Assembly: GCA_017444895.1 (NCBI GenBank)
Contig: JAFSVR010000025.1
Span: forward strand, 1-46,353
Origin: Clostridia bacterium
GTDB taxonomy: Bacteria > Bacillota > Clostridia > Christensenellales > UBA1242
Direction: 5' to 3'
DNA: 46,353 bases
Shown here: one piece after another, positions 18,601 to 28,070 of the stretch
Layout of the letters: each line of letters opens with the position of its first letter
Numbering within the stretch: the first letter of the stretch is position 1
Translations under genes and position numbers: made by a program
The notes under the pieces: generated by a model
The model's database searches: none
What the model was told of the DNA's origin: nothing
The model's input: only the letters and a program-made list of their open reading frames with translations

Positions 18601-18848
18601 GCGAAAGCACAACAGCAGACTCAGATGAAGAAAATAACGAGAACAAAAACGCTGAACAAAATCAAACATTGATGATCTTCTTCCTAGTGTTCTCTTCACT
18701 TCTCCTTGTTGGAGCAACAGTGTTTGCAATTGTTGCAGTTGCTGTTAAGAAAATGCCAAAGAACAAAACCGTTGTTGGAACGAACAATGCTCAAGTTGCA
18801 CCAAGAACAACCACGTCAAAAAAAGATAAAAAAGATGGATTTGTTTAA
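15678..18848 (+). CDS. Large cell-surface protein with repeated CBM/galactose-binding-like beta-sandwich modules
   Basis: Signal peptide; repeated Y(R/A)(V/L)S.(W/Y)V...W..(Y/H)..(F/Y)...(F/Y)DN(I/L).V units; S/T/E linker; C-terminal TM plus basic tail. Confidence 0.7.
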   Translation: MKHKSQTLKQKILSVILTLAVAFGAFFSFSYALAMNKTYALWNATTNSSVLSLYEKEALNFQGTSSSWIQSTNSTTPNDSFGFSSQNIVLTDPTIQSLTGVTTSSSGNLLADETEEMSVLAIIAQNALTKETISETLTDIYFYYSLPSAISLNSNRYYALSYYVLTSATGTVDASVRLGGSLDFNSTPLNTNNTWELHYIFFATATTGSPSMNISLQLGNKTTIDPNNYADMENKINGYILFDNLSVYELSEYEFCAHKIGDTTVNSNYEIYDDREMIALPNSNATNFNEMNVYEHFEEEKGVDGGTFDKTSAEYLSAYWYYYTAENLKTAIAKNYLNAYNATDDGSGDKTYFDYSIETENTITALGGGNNFTENNKVLKVVNNSAIYNLGFISKNTFTIEQHKLYRVSVWVRSTNRNANATLIVLGKIPTGNDEDGTTYSRTYNNSAFSEGISSYDNWVELAIYVRGNAFRNLNAQIGLLAGPSSTIYYDNIKVQEVVSSDYNSSAYNLDLSPSATLQSTSISNGFFNYVTISKTSEDTYPLVPQSWKISNTNYDETKVKSGVVATSATGYTDAVKTLLGNVNNPIPSGQKVNVLAIHIPSNAKVDALEDGSFYYETENSFSVPTSGVVKVSFDVFTAKTESTPANFVGDLVASLTTGNKVVSDFIRTYTIQGTGNWQTYTFYVRLGETSRSFKLRLGVENAQGTVFFRNVKYTSVNSTTQAGKTITANEQFEKLIEEKNSFALQDANNIRLVDYVTDAGFYHTTNALTSGAYTSNNYTITEVKEENAVVTGSVYIAPTDTTITLKNAEDQDVVIDAATLARPNARTGYALVIFNAGEYYSTAKSSSSYALLANTYYRVSVWVKTDASAAGKLNIKLNGLDTEFTAVDTSSETENNGYVEYFALVKTGTSNLTGVNLEFTLGTTDARTSGYAIVSDINFEVVEESAYTTEVEAVKSSNNTKAAVKDYTPAESTSESTTADSDEENNENKNAEQNQTLMIFFLVFSSLLLVGATVFAIVAVAVKKMPKNKTVVGTNNAQVAPRTTTSKKDKKDGFV

Positions 18849-18859
18849 TAAATAGCAAT

Positions 18860-18893
18860 AAAAAACCACACCATTTTGGTGTGGTATTTTTTT
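18860..18893. terminator. Bidirectional terminator
   Basis: A-tract-ACCACACCA-TTT-TGGTGTGGT-A-T-tract between convergent genes. Confidence 0.85.
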
Positions 18894-18896
18894 GTT

Positions 18897-19376
18897 TTAT
18901 TTAGATCGCTCTTCTTGCTCAGCATTTTCAAAATATTGCTGAACCCCCATTGCATAAACAACTTCTTGTTGATCATTAACTGTTATAACAAAATTTTTGC
19001 CCAAATAGTTCTTATAATTGATGATATTGTCATCATTATCACTCATTCCAAGTGCTTTGTTTTTCTTCATTCTGTGCAAAATTAAGTTTTCTTTTTCCTC
19101 ATTATCTGCTGCAATAAATAGAATTGCTTTTTTATATAGTTCTTCAATTTCAGAATTCTTTCCAACAAAGTTTACATTGTATATAGTCCTATCATGATCC
19201 CCAATTTCTTTGCCATCTACAACTCTAAAATTAACATAAAAGCACGTTCTATCGCCTTCCAAACCAACAGCATTAAAATTTATAAGCTTCGCAAGAATTT
19301 CGCCTTCAAGTTGATATTGTTTGAATTTTTCAACCAATTCTTGTTCTTCTTTTAAGATTGTTGCATAATCATCCAT
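18897..19376 (-). CDS. Hypothetical protein
   Basis: 159-aa ORF with AGGAG RBS; no recognised motif. Confidence 0.7.
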   Translation of the reverse strand: MDDYATILKEEQELVEKFKQYQLEGEILAKLINFNAVGLEGDRTCFYVNFRVVDGKEIGDHDRTIYNVNFVGKNSEIEELYKKAILFIAADNEEKENLILHRMKKNKALGMSDNDDNIINYKNYLGKNFVITVNDQQEVVYAMGVQQYFENAEQEERSK

Positions 19377-19440
19377 ATTTTTTCTCCTATATAGTCATTA
19401 TATATCCCAACAACCTTTTTAGCAAGTTTTAATTTACAAA

Positions 19441-22257
19441 TTACGACAAATTTAGCAATGGTTTCAAAAACTCTCCAGTGACGCTATGCGGATTATTAGC
19501 AATTTCCTCAGGCGTTCCTGTTGCAACAATCTTTCCTCCCTTATCTCCGCCATCTGGGCCAAGGTCAATAATATAATCTGCAACTTTAATCATATCAAGG
19601 TTATGTTCAATAACCAAAACACTATTCCCGCCTGCAACAATGCGCTTTAAGATGTCAATAAGTTTATCAACATCATAAGTATGAAGCCCTGTTGTTGGCT
19701 CATCCAAGATATACATTGTTCTGCCAGTTGCTCTTTTGCTGAGTTCGGTTGCAAGTTTAACCCTTTGCGCCTCTCCCCCAGAAAGAGTTGTTGCTGGTTG
19801 GCCAAGTTTTATATACCCAAGCCCAACATCATATAATGTTTGAATTTTGTTCAAAATATTTGGAATGTTTTCAAAATATGTTAACGCCTCTTCAACTGTC
19901 ATTTCCAAAACATCACTAATATTTTTGCCTTTATATTCAACTTCCAAAGTTTCACGGTTATATCTCTTTCCGTGGCATTCATCACAGGTTACATAAACAT
20001 CTGGCAAGAAATGCATTTCAATCTTTGAAACACCATCTCCACCACACGTTTCACACCTTCCACCCTTAACATTAAAGCTGAATCTTCCGCTTGTGTATCC
20101 CTTTGCTTTGGCATCTGGAGTTTTTGCAAAAAGCTCTCTAATTGCCGTAAAAACGCCTGTGTATGTTGCAGGATTGCTTCTTGGAGTTCTCCCAATTGGC
20201 GATTGGTCAATAACAACAACCTTGTCCAGGTTTTCTGCACCTAAAATCTCTTTGTAATCGCCCTCTGCAATCTTTGCATGATTAAGCCTATTAGCAAGCG
20301 CTGGATACAAGATGTCATTAACAAGGCTCGATTTTCCAGAGCCTGAAACACCCGTTACAGCCGTAAATACACCTAGCGGTATTTTAACGTCAACATTTTT
20401 AAGGTTGTGTTGTTTCGCACCCAAAATCTCAACAAACTTGCCCGTTAAGGCCCTTCTTGATTTTGGAACGGCAATCTTGCGCTTACCACTTAAATATTGC
20501 CCTGTAAGAGATTTTTCGCAATTAATTACATCTTTAAGCGTTCCAGCGCAAACAATTTGCCCGCCGTGTTGTCCAGCCTTTGGCCCAACGTCAACAATAA
20601 AATCGGCCTTTCGTATAGTGTCTTCATCATGTTCAACAACAATAACCGTGTTGCCTAAATCACGAAGATTTGTTAGGGTTTTTATAAGTTTTTGTGTGTC
20701 TCTTGGATGAAGCCCAATGCTAGGCTCATCAAGGATATATGCAACTCCAACAAGACCACTTCCAATCTGGGTTGCGAGCCTAATTCTTTGTGCCTCTCCC
20801 CCAGAAAGAGTGCTGGCTGTTCTTGAAAGTGTCAAGTAATCCAGACCCACATCAATTAGGAATTTGCATCTTGCCTTAATTTCTTTCAAAATATCATGAG
20901 CAATCTTTTCTTCACGGCTAGTAAGATTTAAGTTCTCTGCCCATTTAAGCACTTCCTTAACACTCTTTGCACAAACCTCATTTATATTAAGCCCATTAAT
21001 TTTCACACTAAGGGCCTGTTTGTTAAGCCTCTCCCCATGGCAAACCTTGCAAGGGACAAGTCTCATATATTTTTCAAGTTCAGTTTTAACATAATCACTA
21101 TCTGTTTGTTGATAACGTCTATAAAGGTTGTTGATCATCCCTTCAAAACTGCCCTTATATTCACCCTTAAAACTGCCCATTTCAAACGAAATGTCCATTT
21201 GCTCGCCATTGTTGCCATAGAGAATTATATTCCAAATATCTTCTGGAAGTTCACAAATTGGAGTGTCTAGGCTGAACTTATATTTTTTTGAAAGTGCGGC
21301 AAAATACTTGTAATAATAATCCCCATTAAAGTAGTTGATGTTGGCAAACCCGCTTTCGTTGATACTCTTTGTTTTATCTTTGAAAACAAGATCTTCATCT
21401 ATAACCATCTTATAGCCAATTCCGCTACACTCTGGGCATGCTCCAAGCGGAGTATTAAACGAAAACAATCTTGGGCTAATCTCCGTGAAACTGAACCCAC
21501 ATTCTGGACAACTATGTTTCCCACTATATAATTCTTCATGATCTTCATAATCAATAACAACTAGTTCATCAGCAACCCTAAAAGAAGTTTCAATAGATTC
21601 TGTTAGCCTGCTCTCAATTCCAGGTTTAACAACCAATCTATCAATAACAACTGAAATGGTGTGCTTCTTTTGCTTATCCAATTTTATGTCTTCATCAAGA
21701 GTGTGAACTTCGCCATCAACCTTAACCCTAACATATCCGTCTTTCTTAAAGCCATCAAACATTTTTGCAAACTCGCCCTTGCGATTACGAATCACCGGAG
21801 CCACAACCAAAAACCTTGTTCCCTCAGGCTTTGCAAGAACCTTTTGAACAATACTATCCACACTTGAAGATTTTATCTGAGTGCCACAATTAACGCAATA
21901 CGGCGTTCCAATATGCGCATAAAGAAGCCTAAAATAATCATAAATTTCAGTTACTGTTCCAACGGTTGAACGAGGGTTTGCAGACGTGGTTTTCTGGTCA
22001 ATTGCAATTGCCGGACTAAGCCCCTCAATCTTTTCCACATTTGGCTTTTGCATTTGCCCTAAAAATTGTCTTGCATAAGAAGAGAGGCTTTCCATATATC
22101 TTCTTTGACCCTCAGCAAAAATTGTGTCAAAAGCAAGGCTCGATTTTCCCGAACCTGAAAGCCCCGTGAAAACAACCAACTTATCCCTTGGAATAGTTAG
22201 ATTTACGTTTTTAAGGTTGTTCTCTTTTGCCCCAATAATTTCAATAACGTCTTTCAT
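19441..22257 (-). CDS. uvrA: Excinuclease ABC subunit A
   Basis: Two Walker A motifs ([16 protein letters not shown]), two LSGGEAQR, zinc fingers; ATG 22257 after GGAG. Confidence 0.98.
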   Translation of the reverse strand: MKDVIEIIGAKENNLKNVNLTIPRDKLVVFTGLSGSGKSSLAFDTIFAEGQRRYMESLSSYARQFLGQMQKPNVEKIEGLSPAIAIDQKTTSANPRSTVGTVTEIYDYFRLLYAHIGTPYCVNCGTQIKSSSVDSIVQKVLAKPEGTRFLVVAPVIRNRKGEFAKMFDGFKKDGYVRVKVDGEVHTLDEDIKLDKQKKHTISVVIDRLVVKPGIESRLTESIETSFRVADELVVIDYEDHEELYSGKHSCPECGFSFTEISPRLFSFNTPLGACPECSGIGYKMVIDEDLVFKDKTKSINESGFANINYFNGDYYYKYFAALSKKYKFSLDTPICELPEDIWNIILYGNNGEQMDISFEMGSFKGEYKGSFEGMINNLYRRYQQTDSDYVKTELEKYMRLVPCKVCHGERLNKQALSVKINGLNINEVCAKSVKEVLKWAENLNLTSREEKIAHDILKEIKARCKFLIDVGLDYLTLSRTASTLSGGEAQRIRLATQIGSGLVGVAYILDEPSIGLHPRDTQKLIKTLTNLRDLGNTVIVVEHDEDTIRKADFIVDVGPKAGQHGGQIVCAGTLKDVINCEKSLTGQYLSGKRKIAVPKSRRALTGKFVEILGAKQHNLKNVDVKIPLGVFTAVTGVSGSGKSSLVNDILYPALANRLNHAKIAEGDYKEILGAENLDKVVVIDQSPIGRTPRSNPATYTGVFTAIRELFAKTPDAKAKGYTSGRFSFNVKGGRCETCGGDGVSKIEMHFLPDVYVTCDECHGKRYNRETLEVEYKGKNISDVLEMTVEEALTYFENIPNILNKIQTLYDVGLGYIKLGQPATTLSGGEAQRVKLATELSKRATGRTMYILDEPTTGLHTYDVDKLIDILKRIVAGGNSVLVIEHNLDMIKVADYIIDLGPDGGDKGGKIVATGTPEEIANNPHSVTGEFLKPLLNLS

Positions 22258-22366
22258 TTTTAATCTCCATTTGGTATATTGTCTGGCATAATACCCGAAT
22301 TTTTCTATCCGTACAGCCCACAAGCGTTTTGCAAAAACCTGCAATTTTAACAACTGTTTTGCAAAA

Positions 22367-24340
22367 TTACTTACTATTTTTTAATTTTGCCCCCAATTTT
22401 GCAATTTCGTCTCGCAATGCAATAGCTTCTTCAAAGTCTAACCTACTAGATGCAATCTTCATCATAGCCGTAAGTTCTTCAATGCGCTTAGGGATGTTTT
22501 CTTGTTTAATTTTTTGCCCCTTGTCTTCAACCTTGCTTGAAATCTGCAATGTATTCTTAATTTCTTTTATTATCGTTTTTGGTGTTATATTATGCTCTCT
22601 ATTATATTGCATTTGAATAGATCTTCTTCGGTTTGTTTCACTGATTGCTCTATTCATAGAATCAGTCATAGTATCAGCATACATAACAACCCTACCTTCA
22701 CTATTTCTTGCAGCTCGCCCAATTGTTTGAATCAAACTGCCTTCGCTTCTTAAGAACCCTTCTTTGTCTGCATCAAGGATGGCAACAAGTTTAACCTCTG
22801 GCAAGTCAAGCCCTTCTCTAAGCAAATTAATTCCAACAACAACATCAACCTCTCCACTTCTTAGGCTGTTGATAATTTCAATCCTCTCCATAGTTTTAAT
22901 TTCGCTATGAAGATAAGTTGATTTTATCCCGTTTTTTGTTAGATATTCACCCAAACTTTCCGCCATCTTTTTTGTTAACGTTGTAACCAACGCCCGTCCG
23001 CCAGATTTGATCGTCTTATTAAGCTCACTGATAAGATCATCAATCTGCCCCTTTGTTGGCCTAACTTCAACTTCAGGATCCAAAAGCCCCGTTGGACGGA
23101 TAATCTGCTCTGCAATGTTATCTTGCCTTTCCATTTCATATGGCCCAGGAGTTGCAGAAACACATATCATTTGGTTAATCTTTCTTTCAAACTCATTAAA
23201 CTTTAATGGCCTATTATCATAAGCTGACTTCATCCTAAAGCCATACCCAACAAGACTGTCTTTCCTTGCCCTATCACCATTATACATTGCTCGAACCTGT
23301 GGAATTGTCATATGACTTTCATCAACCAATAGCAACCAATCATCAGGGAAATAATCTAGAAGAGTGTATGGCTCCTCACCCGGTTTCCTGCCATCAAAAT
23401 ATCTTGAATAGTTCTCAATGCCGTTGCAATATCCAATTTCACGGAGCATCTCAATGTCGTAACTAACACGCTGTTTTAGTCTCTGCGCCTCAATCAGTTT
23501 GCCTTGCGACTCAAAATCTGCAACCTCTTTAACCATGTCTTCTTCAATATTCTTAAGGCAATTTTCGAGTTTCTCGCTTCCAACAACATAGTGGCTAGCA
23601 GGATAAATCGCAACATGGCTGAGAGTGCTGACAGTCTTGCCACTAACCGCCTCTACCTCGCAAATGCGATCGATTTCATCCCCAAAAAATTCTATTCTTA
23701 TTGAATGCTCGCTTTGGCTTGCAGGAAAAACATCCAAAACATCACCATTAACCCTGAACGTTCCCCTCACAAACTCAACATCATTTCTTCTATATTGGTT
23801 ATCCACAAGCCGAGAAACAACTTCTTCCCTTGAAATTTTCATATTAGGCCGAAGAGAGATTGCCATTTTTTCATATTCACTTGGCTCTCCAAGCCCATAT
23901 ATGCAAGAGACAGACGCAACAATGATAACGTCTTTTCTTTCAAACAATGAACAAGTTGCTGAATGCCTAAGTTTATCTATTTCATCATTAACCTGCGTTT
24001 CTTTTTCAATGTAGGTGTCACTACTTGCAATATACGCCTCTGGCTGATAAAAATCATAATAACTGACAAAATAATTAACACTATTGTTTGGAAAATATTC
24101 CCTAAACTCATTGCAAAGCTGGGCAGCCAAAGTTTTATTATGTGCCAAAACAAGCGTTGGCCTACCCACTTCTTTTATAATATTGGCCATTGTGAAGGTT
24201 TTCCCGCTTCCCGTAACGCCAAGCAAAACTTGAGTGCGCAACCCATCTCGCACTCCTTGAACCAAACTTTTAATGGCCTGGGGCTGATCCCCCGTTGGCT
24301 TGTGTTTGGAAATAAGCTCAAAAACTTCTTCTTTTGCCAT
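22367..24340 (-). CDS. uvrB: Excinuclease ABC subunit B
   Basis: [38 protein letters not shown]-terminal UVR domain. Confidence 0.98.
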   Translation of the reverse strand: MAKEEVFELISKHKPTGDQPQAIKSLVQGVRDGLRTQVLLGVTGSGKTFTMANIIKEVGRPTLVLAHNKTLAAQLCNEFREYFPNNSVNYFVSYYDFYQPEAYIASSDTYIEKETQVNDEIDKLRHSATCSLFERKDVIIVASVSCIYGLGEPSEYEKMAISLRPNMKISREEVVSRLVDNQYRRNDVEFVRGTFRVNGDVLDVFPASQSEHSIRIEFFGDEIDRICEVEAVSGKTVSTLSHVAIYPASHYVVGSEKLENCLKNIEEDMVKEVADFESQGKLIEAQRLKQRVSYDIEMLREIGYCNGIENYSRYFDGRKPGEEPYTLLDYFPDDWLLLVDESHMTIPQVRAMYNGDRARKDSLVGYGFRMKSAYDNRPLKFNEFERKINQMICVSATPGPYEMERQDNIAEQIIRPTGLLDPEVEVRPTKGQIDDLISELNKTIKSGGRALVTTLTKKMAESLGEYLTKNGIKSTYLHSEIKTMERIEIINSLRSGEVDVVVGINLLREGLDLPEVKLVAILDADKEGFLRSEGSLIQTIGRAARNSEGRVVMYADTMTDSMNRAISETNRRRSIQMQYNREHNITPKTIIKEIKNTLQISSKVEDKGQKIKQENIPKRIEELTAMMKIASSRLDFEEAIALRDEIAKLGAKLKNSK

Positions 24341-24448
24341 ACTATTGTTTATTATAAACATTTCAAGATGTTTTATCAATAGTTTAATGTAATTTATGGT
24401 ACACTTCTCACCTTAGCAACAATATTTTAACAAACCTTAACACAGCGC

Positions 24449-24477
24449 TTGACAACCGCATCGCATTGTGGTAAATT
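24449..24477 (+). promoter_or_regulatory. Sigma-A promoter of the T-box-glyQS transcript
   Basis: TTGACA-17 nt-TAAATT with extended TG. Confidence 0.7.
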
Positions 24478-24492
24478 ATTGATAGTTTAATA

Positions 24493-24618
24493 GTTGTGTA
24501 GATTTTGGGTGGCGCCAAAGGAACAACAAAACCTTAAAAGAGGCCAAACACTGTTTGGCAATAAGGGTGGAACCGCGGTTAAATAATCGTCCCTGTGCAA
24601 CATGCATGGGGATTTTTT
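24493..24618 (+). ncRNA. Glycine-specific transcriptional T-box riboswitch (miniature)
   Basis: T-box AAGGGTGGAACCGCG (bulge 24568-24574), antiterminator partner CGTCCCT, terminator 24590-24618, Stem III GCCAAAC/GTTTGGC, K-turn Stem I with GGC at 24511-24513; lies upstream of glyQS. Confidence 0.9.
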
Positions 24619-24637
24619 ATTTTAAGGAGGATAAAAG

Positions 24638-26011
24638 ATGGAAAATAAAGCAACAATGGAAAAAATCGTTAACCTTTGCAAAGGGCGTGGATTCGTTTAT
24701 CCAGGAAGCGACATCTATGGCGGGTTTGCAAACACATGGGATTATGGTCCACTTGGAGTTGAACTTGAAAACAACGTTAAAAAAGTTTGGTGGAAAAGAT
24801 TTGTTCAAGAAGGCGAGAATGCTTATGGCGTTGATGCTGGAATCTTGATGAATCCACTTGTTTGGACGGCATCTGGCCACACAACAAGTTTCTCAGATCC
24901 AAAAATGGATTGCAAAAACTGCAAAAACCGTTTCAGAGCAGATAACATTATTGAGGAGCACTCAAAAGGCAAAGTTGCAGCAGAGGCAATGACTAACGAG
25001 CAAATGGAAAAATATATTGAAGACAACAACATCCACTGCCCTGTTTGCGGAAAGAAAGATTGGACACCAATTCGCCAATTCAAGCTCATGTTTGAAACAA
25101 GCCGAGGCACGGTTGAGGGCGACAAAGACGTTGTATATCTTCGCCCAGAAACCGCACAAGGCGAATATGTTAATTTCGTTAATGTTGCAAGAACAACTCG
25201 CGCAAAATTGCCATTTTCAATTGCTCAAATTGGAAAGGCCTTCAGAAATGAAATAACCCCTGGCAATTTCTTGTTCAGAACCATTGAGTTTGAACAAATG
25301 GAGCATCAAACATTTTGCAAAGCCGAGGATGCACAAAGAATATATAACGAAAGAAAAGAACAAGCATTGAAGTTTGCAAAAGACGTTGGATTGCCAGAAA
25401 ATAAACTCAGATTCCACGACCACGACAAGCTTGCACACTACGCAAAAAGCGCCTGCGACATTCAATACCTATTTCCAATTGGCTGGGAAGAACTCAACGG
25501 CATCCATCATCGCGGAACATGGGATCTTTCTCAACATGAAAAAACCAGCGGAAAGAGCATGCAATACACTGATCCAATAACTAACGAAAAACTAACACCA
25601 ACCGTAATTGAATATTCAATCGGTGTTGGAAGATTAACCCTCGCTCTTCTATGCGAAGCATATGACGAAGAGGTTCTAGAAAACAACGAAACAAGAGTTG
25701 TCATGCATTTCAACCCTGCTCTTGCACCATATAAAGTGGCCGTTCTTCCACTTCAAAAGAATTTAAGCGATAAGGCAAAAGAAGTTCTAAGTAAACTCAA
25801 CAAACACTTTATGTGCACATATGACGAAGCTGGTTCAATTGGCAAGCGCTATCGCCGTCAAGATGAAATTGGAACGCCTTTCTGCGTGACAATAGACTTT
25901 GACACCCTTGAAAACAATACAGTAACAATTCGCGACAGAGATTCAATGAAACAAATCACCCTTAAAATTGATGAAGTTGCAAAATACATTGAAGATAAAA
26001 TTGCATTCTAA
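24638..26011 (+). CDS. glyQS: Glycine--tRNA ligase, alpha2 type
   Basis: IYGG..NTWDYGPLG, YLRPETAQG, GKAFRNEITPGNF.FRT.EFEQME, GSIGKRYRRQDEIGTP. Confidence 0.97.
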   Translation: MENKATMEKIVNLCKGRGFVYPGSDIYGGFANTWDYGPLGVELENNVKKVWWKRFVQEGENAYGVDAGILMNPLVWTASGHTTSFSDPKMDCKNCKNRFRADNIIEEHSKGKVAAEAMTNEQMEKYIEDNNIHCPVCGKKDWTPIRQFKLMFETSRGTVEGDKDVVYLRPETAQGEYVNFVNVARTTRAKLPFSIAQIGKAFRNEITPGNFLFRTIEFEQMEHQTFCKAEDAQRIYNERKEQALKFAKDVGLPENKLRFHDHDKLAHYAKSACDIQYLFPIGWEELNGIHHRGTWDLSQHEKTSGKSMQYTDPITNEKLTPTVIEYSIGVGRLTLALLCEAYDEEVLENNETRVVMHFNPALAPYKVAVLPLQKNLSDKAKEVLSKLNKHFMCTYDEAGSIGKRYRRQDEIGTPFCVTIDFDTLENNTVTIRDRDSMKQITLKIDEVAKYIEDKIAF

Positions 26012-26021
26012 AAAACACAAC

Positions 26022-26057
26022 AAAAAAACACCCCCATTAAGTTGGAGGTGTTTTTTT
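26022..26057. terminator. Bidirectional terminator
   Basis: AAAAAAACACCCCCA...TGGAGGTGTTTTTTT between convergent genes. Confidence 0.8.
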
Positions 26058-26877
26058 ATAAACTCATTAAAGTTGATGCATACATATCTTGCAAGTTTGT
26101 TATGTCTGATACCATCCCATCAAGGCTTGCTTGATCAAAATCACTTGCCACTGCTAAAATATAGTATGTGCGCTTAATAATAATCATTTGATGCAAACAC
26201 CTCAGCTTTTCATATCCCTCCAACGTGTTTGGATCATCAAGCATGATAAGGTTGTTGTTAATCAAATCTTCAACAGCAAGGGTGTTTATCTCTTTAATCA
26301 AAAGATCCTTTAATTGCGATTTTTTCACGGTTTCAGAAAGTGTTTTGTCAGACATAACACAATCAACGTAAGCCCCAAATTCCCAAGCATAAATGTTTGC
26401 GTTATTAGACAATGCGTCAATCGCAAACTCCTCTGCCTTATCTTTATCGCCCTTCAAATAAAGCGCAATTGTGTATTGATGATTCAGGTATGCAGAATAA
26501 TCACACACATACACATATTGCCTATTTTCTGCATTTTTTATATTTCTTTCATTAATTATATCGCAAAAATCATCAAAACCCGCCCTTTTCTGCATAACCT
26601 TGATGTATTTTACTGTTTCAGAATAGTTTTCAGCATTAATTCCACTTTCAATCAAATTATATAAATCTTCATTACTTCCAGAATGATTATACACTCTCTT
26701 ATACATATATGCTTCAGCCTTCTTCATATTAAGGTTAGCATAAAACCCAGTCATATTTTGCGGGAACAACAAACTAAAACTAATTATAACAAAAATGCCA
26801 CCAAAAACAATAACAGCCAATGTTTTAAGAACCGTTATGACAATTTCTCTTGTTAAGTTGTCTTTTGTTTCTTGCAT
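26056..26877 (-). CDS. Membrane-anchored helical hypothetical protein
   Basis: One N-terminal TM then a helical soluble domain; ATG 26877 after GGGGGA; follows rpiB. Confidence 0.7.
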   Translation of the reverse strand: MQETKDNLTREIVITVLKTLAVIVFGGIFVIISFSLLFPQNMTGFYANLNMKKAEAYMYKRVYNHSGSNEDLYNLIESGINAENYSETVKYIKVMQKRAGFDDFCDIINERNIKNAENRQYVYVCDYSAYLNHQYTIALYLKGDKDKAEEFAIDALSNNANIYAWEFGAYVDCVMSDKTLSETVKKSQLKDLLIKEINTLAVEDLINNNLIMLDDPNTLEGYEKLRCLHQMIIIKRTYYILAVASDFDQASLDGMVSDITNLQDMYASTLMSL

Positions 26878-26878
26878 T

Positions 26879-27346
26879 CTATTCCCCCACACTGCTCAAG
26901 CTGTCAACACGAGCCTTATGCCTTTCGCCCTCAAAAGGCGTTTGAGCAAAGGCTTTAATTATCTCTTCTATATTATTGGTTGGTTCCACTTTAACCTTGC
27001 CATCATCATATCCACCAGCAAAAACCAAGCAATTGGCATTTTCATGACGTCTTGCATAATAGGCTCTTTGCTTAGAATCTGCCAATACCGCCCTAACAAA
27101 GCCATATCTATTTGCAAGCATCAAAGCCCCAACCCCTGTTCCACAAATTAAAATCAAACCATCTGCAAGAGAATCTTCTTCAAACATCTTTGTTGCTCTG
27201 TTAGTTATTGCAACATAATCAACGGAAGAATCCCCAGAATTCTCAACAACAACAGCTTTTATTTTCATTTTTTTCAAAATTGCCATTAGCTCTTTGGCAA
27301 CATCTACGCCATGAACATCATAGCCAACTATCATTTTCTTAAACAT
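26879..27346 (-). CDS. rpiB: RpiB/LacA/LacB-family sugar-phosphate isomerase
   Basis: SVDY, GLILICGTGVG, AR.HENANCL, FEGERH..RV; ywlE-ywlF synteny. Confidence 0.85.
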   Translation of the reverse strand: MFKKMIVGYDVHGVDVAKELMAILKKMKIKAVVVENSGDSSVDYVAITNRATKMFEEDSLADGLILICGTGVGALMLANRYGFVRAVLADSKQRAYYARRHENANCLVFAGGYDDGKVKVEPTNNIEEIIKAFAQTPFEGERHKARVDSLSSVGE

Positions 27347-27794
27347 AAACTTTCCCCTCTTTCAAAAACAATCTCATGAGCAACACACAATTTTTATATA
27401 TGCTGTTTGCTGTTTTTTGATATTCTTCAAGGCCTTTCCCATACGGATCTTCAACATTTGAGCCAACAAGTTCGTCAAAGGTTACAATCTTGTTTGCAAC
27501 GTCATATTCAAGAGAAAAAGCAACCTTGTTTTGCAAAGTCATGCAGATAACTATATCTGCCCAAGAGGCAAGGCTTTTGTCCATTTGTTTTGGCTTAAAA
27601 TGAGTTTTTATCCCTATCTCACTCAAAACTTTTTTGGCATTGTCTGAAAGTTTTGAGCCACCAACAACGTTTGTCCCACAGCTTTTAATTCCAAGCCCCT
27701 TAGCCCCACATTCTTTTGCAAGCCGTTTCAAAATATACTCAGCCATTGGGCTTCGGCAAGTATTTCCCGTGCAAACAAAAAGAACATTAAACAT
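27339..27794 (-). CDS. Low-molecular-weight protein Tyr/Arg phosphatase (YwlE-like)
   Basis: VLFVCTGNTCRSPMAE P-loop and VEDPYG. Confidence 0.92.
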   Translation of the reverse strand: MFNVLFVCTGNTCRSPMAEYILKRLAKECGAKGLGIKSCGTNVVGGSKLSDNAKKVLSEIGIKTHFKPKQMDKSLASWADIVICMTLQNKVAFSLEYDVANKIVTFDELVGSNVEDPYGKGLEEYQKTANSIYKNCVLLMRLFLKEGKVYV

Positions 27795-27858
27795 CGCTTA
27801 TCCCTCTTAGTTTAATGTTATCATAAAAACACGAATAAAGTCAAACAAGAATTGAATA

Positions 27859-28014
27859 CTATCTCGTGCGTTCCTCTTGGGATTTGTTCTGCATCAGCTC
27901 ATCAATTCTATGCTTAAGCATTGTATTTTGGCGCCTAAGATAATCTATATCTTTTTGCTGAGTTGTAACCTTCCAATTAATATACTCTGCGCTTGCTTTT
28001 TTCTTTCCTTCCAT
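27859..28014 (-). CDS. Small 51-aa leucine-zipper-like protein (below the ORF-track cutoff)
   Basis: MEGKKKASAEYINWKVTTQQKDIDYLRRQNTMLKHRIDELMQNKSQEERTR*; fills the sepF-ywlE gap; promoter-like element directly upstream. Confidence 0.6.
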   Translation of the reverse strand: MEGKKKASAEYINWKVTTQQKDIDYLRRQNTMLKHRIDELMQNKSQEERTR

Positions 28015-28019
28015 ACCTA

Positions 28020-28048
28020 TAATATTTGCCTAAACCATTGATTTATGC
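28020..28048 (-). promoter_or_regulatory. Sigma-G/F-like promoter
   Basis: GCATA-17 nt-AATATTA, 5 nt before the ATG of the small ORF. Confidence 0.5.
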
Positions 28049-28070
28049 AAAAAAATAAAGGCCTAGGCCT

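Noticed and set aside
22258-22353. In-frame 32-aa extension of UvrA beginning [10 protein letters not shown], reminiscent of the Prp cleavage motif (LQxF/A)
   Set aside because: The TTG has no RBS, while ATG 22257 has GGAG and matches the normal UvrA start; most likely chance
24555-24848. ORF starting inside the glyQS leader (possible leader peptide)
   Set aside because: It runs through the T-box and out of frame into glyQS with no RBS; the RNA structure explains the region
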